64,000 bases of DNA, taken from NCBI GenBank assembly GCA_045630405.1, contig JAZQTC010000022.1, positions 53,673 to 117,672 of the forward strand. Direction: 5' to 3'. Made by a program: the position numbers and the translations under genes. Below are positions 57,079 through 64,000 of the stretch, piece by piece. Origin of the DNA: Acutalibacteraceae bacterium (GTDB lineage: Bacteria; Bacillota; Clostridia; Oscillospirales; Acutalibacteraceae). The notes below the pieces were generated by a model. It saw only the letters and a program-made list of their open reading frames with translations, searched no databases and was not told the DNA's origin. Numbering within the stretch: the stretch's first letter is position 1; each line of letters starts with the position of its first letter.

Positions 57079-59764
57079 ATGCTGTTGGAAGTGAAATTAT
57101 AGCTTTGAAAAGGTCGCCGTCCGTCTGAATTTCAAGCTTGCCGTTCTGAAGCTCGCAAAGACTTTTTGCAATGGAAAGTCCGAGACCGCTTCCCTCGCCC
57201 GAGCGTGATGAATCGCCTCTGACAAATCTCTGTATAAGTTCATCGGGTGAAATATTAAGTGCATTTTTCGAAACGTTCTTGAACACAACCGAGCCGTGTT
57301 CCGCTTCTGCGACAACTTCAATATAAACCCGTGTTCCCTCCAGAGCGTACTTTCTTATGTTTGAGAAAAGATTTTCAATCACTCGGGAAACCTTCTGTGC
57401 ATCCGCCATAACCATAACGGGCTTATCGGGATTTTTGAGCACCAACTCAATGTTGTATTTCTTCAGCTCGTCATCGTGCTCACCCACCGCCTGAGCAGCG
57501 AATTCGCAAAGATTAAGCTTCACGGGATGAATCTCCATTGCTCCCGACGAGGCTTTTGATGCCTCCACCAGATCTTCAATGAGTTTCTTCATCTTATGCG
57601 ATTTTTCATCAAGTACGGTAAGATATTTTCGCGCCGTTTCATCCTCAATATCACATTTCTTCAGTAAATCAACGTAATTTACAATTGAGGTAAGAGGCGT
57701 TTTCAGATCGTGAGAAACGTTGGTGATAAGCTCCGCTTTCATCCTCTGATCTTTCACCGCGCGGTCAACCGCATCCTGCAAACCATCCTGCATACAGAGC
57801 ACATCCTCTGCAAAACGGCGCATAAAGGGCGGCATATATTTTGTGTCAATCTCCTTGCCCGTTTCACCTTTTCTTATATCGGAAACCGCCGACATAATTC
57901 TGTCAAGTGAAACAATAAGAAGCGCCGCAAACAAAATCACGGCAACGTCACCGATTATACCAAGCAGGTAAAGCAAAAACGCAACTCCCTCGTCGTTGCC
58001 CTGCATAATCATACCGACCACGAAATAGTAAACGCCCGTCAGCACAACAAAAAGGCTGACCGCAAGGCAGGCAAGCACCTTGAATTTCTTACCCTGACCC
58101 TTGGAATAATCGCAGGTTAAAATATATTTTATTTTATCCTTTGTTTTCTTAATCCAAGCCCAAAGCTTTCTGAAAATCCAGCCAACGGGCTTGAAAACAA
58201 GACACACAAGCGAATGCTTGCGGAATGATTTGTTGCGGAAATTGCGGACGATGCTTGCTGTCAGACCTGTCCACACCGTAAAGAAAATCGCAACAAACCC
58301 ACCCATAATCAGGTTTGAAAAAGGAGCTGCAGCGCAAACAATGGGAAACAGAGTGTTGCCAAAGCCGTAGTTATCCGCCAACATAAGCGGCTCAAAATCA
58401 AAGCAAGCCGTCATCGCCGCACCGAAAACGCAAAGAGCCATGACTCCCAGACCCAGCACAGAGTTTATTTCAACGGGCACTTTATCAGAAAACCTGATTT
58501 TCACGCTTCCGTCAGCAGATTTGCCTGCAACGGAAAGCAGATAAATGCACAATGCGCAGGCAAGCGCAAGGCAGATAAATGTTGCAAAAAGCAAGCCCGT
58601 CAGGGATGCATCCGTGTTGTATCTGCCGAATGAATTTGAAATCGCTCCGAAAGCATCTGCCTCCGGAGGCATATTAATGGCGAAATACGCGGATTTATAG
58701 CTTTCGTTGAGCATATAAGTTCCATCTGTAAGAACGCTTTTTTTGTACCATTCTCCGAAAAGCCAATCGTGAAGAGATGCATAAAAACCGTTTGCGGTTT
58801 TGTTTTCAGAATCGTTAGTTTGGTAGTTTCCGTTATTGACCCACTCTGCCCACAGAAGATTATCTGCACCGAGTTTCTGCATAATCTGCTCGTGAGTGTC
58901 GGTTGATGCAACTCCGCAGTTTGTGAAAACCTTGCCGTTTTCAGCAATAACCGCATAGTTAATACTTTTCACACTTTCCAGCGTGTCGATTGCATAGACA
59001 TAAACTTCATATACCATATCATACTCTGATTTGAGCGCATACTGCCTCTGACTTTCAACAATTGAAAGCACCTCGTCAAGAGTACATTCGCCGTAGCAGG
59101 TGTAGTCACTGTAGCTGTTGAGAAGGCGAAGCGCTTCTGAAATCCGTGCCACATAATCGGGCGTATTGCCCGTTTCATAAGGGTCATAATAAACAATGTT
59201 GCTCTCGTTTTCCGGAACCTCAATCGGCACGGAAACACTTCCGTCAATGCCCGTCTCTTGAACCGCCGTTACATCCTCCTCAGCATAGGAATAAACAAAT
59301 TCGTGGTCCGAAAACTGACTGTAACTGATGAATTCGCCATTATAAGTCATAAAATAGCGGACACCCTTGTAATCCAGCGTATAGCGGTAACGGTTCTGCC
59401 CGTCAACGTAAACCTTTATACCCGAATTATCAAGCAAAGTCATTGCATCGGTCACCTTTTTCGCATCCTCGTCAAACCTTGCGGAAATCTCCTTTGCACT
59501 TTCGGTCTGCAGCCATTCATCAAAGGTACCTCTGTTGTTTTTCTCCGCCACCCTCAGCGCATCGATGATATATCCGTTCATCTGACCGCGGAAAGATGCG
59601 GTGTTTGTGAAATCCTCGGGATGAGCGAAGATATTGAAATTGGCAAATCCTTTGATGAAAAGCCCTGCAAAGTTGCCTGCAAGGAAGAACATCAGGATTG
59701 CCAGCACAAGGGCAACCGCCTTTGTTGCCTTGTTATGCTTAAATTTTTTCCATTTTGTATCCAA
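57077..59764 (-). CDS. Sensor histidine kinase with large extracytoplasmic domain and multiple TMs
   Basis: H-box NVSHDLKTPLTS, N-box NLFSNIRKY, G-box GSGLGLSI; TTG start overlapping the response regulator. Confidence 0.93.
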   Translation of the reverse strand: MDTKWKKFKHNKATKAVALVLAILMFFLAGNFAGLFIKGFANFNIFAHPEDFTNTASFRGQMNGYIIDALRVAEKNNRGTFDEWLQTESAKEISARFDEDAKKVTDAMTLLDNSGIKVYVDGQNRYRYTLDYKGVRYFMTYNGEFISYSQFSDHEFVYSYAEEDVTAVQETGIDGSVSVPIEVPENESNIVYYDPYETGNTPDYVARISEALRLLNSYSDYTCYGECTLDEVLSIVESQRQYALKSEYDMVYEVYVYAIDTLESVKSINYAVIAENGKVFTNCGVASTDTHEQIMQKLGADNLLWAEWVNNGNYQTNDSENKTANGFYASLHDWLFGEWYKKSVLTDGTYMLNESYKSAYFAINMPPEADAFGAISNSFGRYNTDASLTGLLFATFICLALACALCIYLLSVAGKSADGSVKIRFSDKVPVEINSVLGLGVMALCVFGAAMTACFDFEPLMLADNYGFGNTLFPIVCAAAPFSNLIMGGFVAIFFTVWTGLTASIVRNFRNKSFRKHSLVCLVFKPVGWIFRKLWAWIKKTKDKIKYILTCDYSKGQGKKFKVLACLAVSLFVVLTGVYYFVVGMIMQGNDEGVAFLLYLLGIIGDVAVILFAALLIVSLDRIMSAVSDIRKGETGKEIDTKYMPPFMRRFAEDVLCMQDGLQDAVDRAVKDQRMKAELITNVSHDLKTPLTSIVNYVDLLKKCDIEDETARKYLTVLDEKSHKMKKLIEDLVEASKASSGAMEIHPVKLNLCEFAAQAVGEHDDELKKYNIELVLKNPDKPVMVMADAQKVSRVIENLFSNIRKYALEGTRVYIEVVAEAEHGSVVFKNVSKNALNISPDELIQRFVRGDSSRSGEGSGLGLSIAKSLCELQNGKLEIQTDGDLFKAIISLPTA

Positions 59765-60428
59765 TGCCCCACACCACCTGTAAATATTTCGGCTCCTTGG
59801 GATTGATTTCGATTTTTTCGCGGATTCTGTTGATATGCACCGTTACCGTTTTGTCCGAATAGCCTGCCGGCTCGTTCCATACCGCCTCGTAAACCTGACC
59901 CGCAGAAAAAACTCTGCCCAGATTTTCCATAAAGAAGTTGACTATTTTGTATTCCGTTGCCGTCAGCTTGACGGGCTCACCGTCAACAGTCAGCTCCTTT
60001 GCAAGAGTGTCAAGAGAAAGCCCCCCCGTTGTGATAACTCCCTCTTTTTTCTCCATTGCACCCAGCGAGGTGTATCGCCTGATTTGCGACTTGACCCTTG
60101 CCATCAGTTCAAGAGGGTTGAACGGCTTTGTCACGTAGTCATCGGCACCGAAGGACAGACCCGTTATCTTATCGGTATCCTCGCTTTTGGCTGACAGAAG
60201 AATAATTGGGATATTATGTTTTTCTCGCATTCTGAGCGTTGCCTGAAGACCGTCCATCTCAGGCATCATTATATCAAGAATAACGCAGTGCACCTCGTTA
60301 TCCCTGACCTGCTCAAGGGCGGCTCTGCCGTTTTCGGCTTTGAGCACGTTATATCCCTCCAGCTTAAGATAAATCTCAACGGATTCAAGAATTGCGACGT
60401 CATCATCACAAACAAGTACGGTATACAT
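59739..60428 (-). CDS. OmpR-family response regulator
   Basis: CDDD, LDIMMP, LSAK, DDYVTKPF, wHTH VWGIGY; ATG 60428. Confidence 0.96.
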   Translation of the reverse strand: MYTVLVCDDDVAILESVEIYLKLEGYNVLKAENGRAALEQVRDNEVHCVILDIMMPEMDGLQATLRMREKHNIPIILLSAKSEDTDKITGLSFGADDYVTKPFNPLELMARVKSQIRRYTSLGAMEKKEGVITTGGLSLDTLAKELTVDGEPVKLTATEYKIVNFFMENLGRVFSAGQVYEAVWNEPAGYSDKTVTVHINRIREKIEINPKEPKYLQVVWGIGYKMEKI

Positions 60429-60520
60429 TTTGTCACCTCTGAAAAAATCAATCCCACGGAACAATTATGATTATAAGGGGCGTAAATTACAAACAAACAC
60501 CCAAAAAAGTTACAAATTTA

Positions 60521-61129
60521 TTAAGGTTTCAGAATTCCTGCTTTAATGGAGGTGTTTATAATCCCCTCAACAATATGCCACAGTTCGGGCGTTGCGGTGC
60601 GGATAATATCCATCCGCTTATAAATCTTTTCGGACGTAACGTCACCCATTTTCCAGGTGTGTCCGTCTGTCAGATAATTGAGCATAAGGGGCTGAATGCG
60701 GTCAATTGCGTTGGCATACTTGCTTTCCGCCGTTTCCATCGCCTCAAATTCATCCCACAAGGCTCGGATTTCCGCACCCTGCACGGGGTCGAGAATGCCG
60801 AAAAGCCTGTCCGCCGCCTGCACTTCCCTTTCGTGCTTATCCTCGTTGCCCTTGGCATCGTAAGCAAAGGTATCCCCTGCATAAACCTCTATAAGGTCGT
60901 GAACAAGTGCAATCTTCAGCACTCGCTCAATGCAGATTTTTTCCGCACTGTATTCTTCAAGAATCATTGCGAGCATCGCCAGATGCCAGGAATGCTCCGC
61001 ATCATTCTCACGTCTTGAACCGTCTGCAAGCAGATTGCGGCGAAAAATATTTTTCATTTCGTCTATGGTTATCACAAACTTAATCTGATTCTGAATTTTT
61101 CCGTTCTTTATAAATGTGAAATCGTTCAT
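60521..61129 (-). CDS. HD-domain hydrolase (5'-deoxynucleotidase-like, HD_3)
   Basis: RENDAEHSWHL, LVHDLIE..AGD, DRIQP. Confidence 0.88.
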   Translation of the reverse strand: MNDFTFIKNGKIQNQIKFVITIDEMKNIFRRNLLADGSRRENDAEHSWHLAMLAMILEEYSAEKICIERVLKIALVHDLIEVYAGDTFAYDAKGNEDKHEREVQAADRLFGILDPVQGAEIRALWDEFEAMETAESKYANAIDRIQPLMLNYLTDGHTWKMGDVTSEKIYKRMDIIRTATPELWHIVEGIINTSIKAGILKP

Positions 61130-61218
61130 AAAATCACCTCGTTTTCATTATACCACAGAGTTGCAACACAATCAAATTTATGTTAATATTTCATTACATT
61201 GTATATAGGAGTGCGGAT

Positions 61219-61686
61219 ATGAGAACTGAAAAAGGCACGGTTGAATTCACAAATATGATAATGATTGAGGACAATGCAACGGGCAAAGTGCTTGTGCAGG
61301 AGAGACGCAAAAGCTGGACGGGACTTTCCTTCCCCGGCGGTCACGTTGAGCCCTTTGAGAGCATTGTTGACTCCGCAATCCGAGAGGCAAAGGAAGAAAC
61401 GGGTCTGGACATAAAAAATCCCCGTCAATGCGGTGTTATACATTGGGTACACAAAACACGCGGTGACAGGTACATTGTTTTTCTTTTCAAGACATCGGAT
61501 TTCAGCGGTGATTTACTTGCCGAAACCGATGAGGGCAGAGTATTCTGGATTGACCCCGATGAGTTGAAGAATGAAAATCTCTCCAAAAACTTCGGTAACT
61601 ATATTCCCATGTTTTTCAACGATGAGTTTAACGAAGCCTACGGAATCTGGCACGAGGACGAAGAGGACAAATTGATTTATAAATAA
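61219..61686 (+). CDS. Nudix hydrolase (MutT/8-oxo-dGTPase-like)
   Basis: Nudix box GGHVEPFESIVDSAIREAKEETGL. Confidence 0.9.
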   Translation: MRTEKGTVEFTNMIMIEDNATGKVLVQERRKSWTGLSFPGGHVEPFESIVDSAIREAKEETGLDIKNPRQCGVIHWVHKTRGDRYIVFLFKTSDFSGDLLAETDEGRVFWIDPDELKNENLSKNFGNYIPMFFNDEFNEAYGIWHEDEEDKLIYK

Positions 61687-61705
61687 GTTGACAATAAAAG
61701 CAAAC

Positions 61706-61733
61706 AAAAAAGCCACCCGATTTGGGTGGCTTT
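61706..61733. terminator. Bidirectional terminator
   Basis: AAAGCCACCC-gattt-GGGTGGCTTT between the Nudix gene and rpsU. Confidence 0.7.
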
Positions 61734-61749
61734 AGCTTTGCGTTTTCAA

Positions 61750-61926
61750 TTACTTGAACTTACGCTTACGAGCAGCCTCTGACTTCTTCTTTCTCTTAAC
61801 TGAAGGCTTTTCGTAGTGTTCTCTTTTGCGAACCTCCTGAATAACGCCGTCTCTTGAAGTCTGTCTCTTAAATCTTCTGAGTGCGTTCTCGAGTGACTCG
61901 CCTTCCTTAACTTTTACCTGACTCAA
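61750..61926 (-). CDS. rpsU: 30S ribosomal protein S21
   Basis: [20 protein letters not shown]...[13 protein letters not shown] start after GGGAGGG. Confidence 0.97.
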   Translation of the reverse strand: MSQVKVKEGESLENALRRFKRQTSRDGVIQEVRKREHYEKPSVKRKKKSEAARKRKFK

Positions 61927-61978
61927 TGTATTCCCTCCCCTCATTTAATTAGGGACTAATTTTCATAGCTTGGAGATT

Positions 61979-62008
61979 ATTATACTATAACATAGCCCCG
62001 CTTGTCAA
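61979..62008 (-). promoter_or_regulatory. Sigma-A promoter of rpsU
   Basis: TTGACA-18 bp-TATAAT. Confidence 0.65.
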
Positions 62009-62055
62009 CATCAAAATTATGAATTTTTTGTTGATTGCAGGGGTGTTTTTTAATG

Positions 62056-64000
62056 TCAGGGACGGACAACGATATTTACAAGTCTGCCCTTTACGTAAAG
62101 CTCCTTGACAACGGTCATACCGTCTATTGCCTCTGCAATCTTATCAAGGCTCTTTGCGGCTGCAATTGCTTCATCAGCAGTTGCTTCAGCGGCAATAACA
62201 AGCTTTTCTCTGACCTTGCCGTTAATCTGAACAGCAATTTCAACTTCGTTGTCAACACACTTTGACTCGTCGTATGAGGGCCAACTTTCAAATGCAATTG
62301 TTTCGCTGTGTCCGAACATTTCCCAGATTTCTTCGCAGATATGGGGTGCAATGGGACTGAGTGCTCTGATAAAGCCCTCTGCAAATTCCTTGGGACAGCT
62401 GTCTGCTTTGTAAACCGCATTAACAAAAATCATCATCTGGCTGATTGCCGTATTGAAAGCCAGATTTTCAAAGTCATTTGAAACCTTACGGATTGTAACG
62501 TTATAGATTTTTTCAAGTTCGGCATACTTGCTGTCGTTTATCTTTGTTTCATCGGTAAAGAAGTTCCATACTCTTGAGAGGAAACGCTTTGCGCCTTCAA
62601 CACCCTGATTGCTCCAGGGCTTTGAAGCCCCAAGGGGACCCATAAACATTTCATAAAGGCGAAGTGTATCAGCACCGTAATCACGAACGATATCTGACGG
62701 ATTTACTACGAATTCAGGGAATCTCTTACCCATCTTGATGCCGTTTGAGCCGAGAATCATACCCTGATGAACAAGCTTTTTGAAAGGCTCTTTGACGGGT
62801 GAAACACCTTCGTTATATAAGAATCTGTTCCAGATTCTGGAATACATAAGATGACCTACCGCATGCTCGGGACCGCCGACATAAAGGTCAACGGGAAGCC
62901 AATGCTTAAGAAGCTGGGGATCGCAGATTTCCTTATCATTGTTCGGGTCAATATATCTCATGAAATACCAGCTTGAACCTGCTGAGCCGGGCATTGTTGA
63001 CGTTTCGCGCTTACCCTTGACGCCGTTTTTCTCAACGAACTTCCATTCCTCTGCATTCTCAAGAGGTGCCTGACCGTTCTTGCCTTTGTACTCCTCCAGC
63101 TCGGGAAGAACAAGCGGAAGCTCGTCATCATCAAGAACGTGGATTTCGCCGTCATCTGTATAGTAAACGGGAACGGGCTCGCCCCAATAACGCTGTCTTG
63201 CGAAAATCCATTCGCGGAAATGATAATTGACCTTTCTCTTGGCAACACCCATCTTCTCAAGCTTCTGAGTGATTGCCTCCTTTGCCTCCTCAACGGTAAG
63301 ACCTGTGAACTCCTCGGAGTTGATGAGCTTGCAGCCCTTTCCGAGATAACCGCCCTTTTCAAAAGCGCATTCGGAAACGTCTGCACCGTCAATAACCTGA
63401 ATCATGGGAATGTTATGTACAATCGCATATTCAAAGTCACGCTGATCGTGGCTGGGAACAGCCATAACGGCACCCGTGCCGTAGCTTGCAAGAACGAAGT
63501 CGCCGATATAAACGGGAACTTCCTTGCCGTTTACGGGGTTTATTGCATATATGCCCTTAAGAGGACAACCTGATTTTGTTTTGTTGAGGTCAGTACGATC
63601 CATATCGGACTTTTTGATTGTTTCCTGAATGTAAGCATTAACCTCATCTTTATTTTCAATTCTCGGCATAAGCTCCTTAACAAGATCGCCGTCGGGAGCC
63701 ATAACCATAAATGTTATACCGTATATGGTTTCGATACAGGTTGTGAAAATAGAGAACTTGCCGCCGCCCACAAGCTGGAATTCAACCTCAACGCCCGTAC
63801 TTTTTCCTATCCAATGGCGCTGCATATCCTTTGTTGATTCAGGCCAGTCTATTTCATTAAGACCGTCAAGAAGCTCTTCGGCAAATGCAACCTGATCTAT
63901 AACCCACTGCTTCATATTCTTGCGGACTACGGGATAGCCGCCGCGCTCACTCTTGCCGTCAATAACCTCGTCGTTGGCAAGAACCGTGCCCAGTTCCTCG
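62056..64000 (-). CDS. leuS: Leucyl-tRNA synthetase, partial (start lies beyond the window end)
   Basis: Frame stays open to the window edge (ELGTVLANDEV...MKQW); CP1 editing domain GTGAVMAVP.HD.RD, RQRYWGEP, YVGG.EHA, KMGK variant of KMSK. Confidence 0.97.
   Translation of the reverse strand, partial: EELGTVLANDEVIDGKSERGGYPVVRKNMKQWVIDQVAFAEELLDGLNEIDWPESTKDMQRHWIGKSTGVEVEFQLVGGGKFSIFTTCIETIYGITFMVMAPDGDLVKELMPRIENKDEVNAYIQETIKKSDMDRTDLNKTKSGCPLKGIYAINPVNGKEVPVYIGDFVLASYGTGAVMAVPSHDQRDFEYAIVHNIPMIQVIDGADVSECAFEKGGYLGKGCKLINSEEFTGLTVEEAKEAITQKLEKMGVAKRKVNYHFREWIFARQRYWGEPVPVYYTDDGEIHVLDDDELPLVLPELEEYKGKNGQAPLENAEEWKFVEKNGVKGKRETSTMPGSAGSSWYFMRYIDPNNDKEICDPQLLKHWLPVDLYVGGPEHAVGHLMYSRIWNRFLYNEGVSPVKEPFKKLVHQGMILGSNGIKMGKRFPEFVVNPSDIVRDYGADTLRLYEMFMGPLGASKPWSNQGVEGAKRFLSRVWNFFTDETKINDSKYAELEKIYNVTIRKVSNDFENLAFNTAISQMMIFVNAVYKADSCPKEFAEGFIRALSPIAPHICEEIWEMFGHSETIAFESWPSYDESKCVDNEVEIAVQINGKVREKLVIAAEATADEAIAAAKSLDKIAEAIDGMTVVKELYVKGRLVNIVVRP

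Noticed and set aside
62056-63915. leuS start at 63915 as given by the ORF track
   Set aside because: The frame stays open and LeuRS-like to the window edge, so the gene is 5'-truncated by the window. The KMGK variant of KMSKS is noted but not treated as a defect.
1-64000. CRISPR array, tRNA/rRNA, transposase, integrase or prophage genes
   Set aside because: No regularly spaced repeats, cloverleafs, rRNA-like sequence or mobile-element ORFs were seen; inverted repeats found are single terminator-type hairpins.

Overview
64 kb of chromosomal DNA from a spore-forming, anaerobic Firmicute (Clostridia; an Oscillospirales-like gut organism by inference from gene content). Most genes are housekeeping or energy genes: glgP, tadA, mtnN, rmuC, an apbE-nusGII-Gx-rnfCDGEAB operon, rsmA, galE, rpsF-ssb-rpsR, uvrC, rsmD-coaD, yqfCD/ylbJ, rpsU and partial leuS. 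Three cis-regulatory RNAs are visible: a lysine riboswitch, a preQ1-I riboswitch with an extra hairpin, and an S6:S18 leader. I found no rRNA, tRNA, CRISPR array, transposase or integrase. The main candidate for an undescribed system is a five-gene minus-strand operon at 12669-17600. It encodes a tandem SCP2-like protein, a FumI-like class III aminotransferase, a split transketolase with substitutions at the acceptor-hydroxyl and phosphate-binding positions, and a second tandem SCP2-like protein. This combination would fit interconversion of long-chain 2-amino-1,3-diols (sphingoid bases) with fatty aldehydes; that function is inference. Other notable items: a TIR protein with four PH-like repeats, a secreted double metallophosphoesterase, a cytoplasmic PI-PLC, an AT-rich membrane ORFan flanked by related hairpins, and an unannotated 45-aa Cys-rich ORF. 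All family calls come from motif recognition and memory, not database searches.
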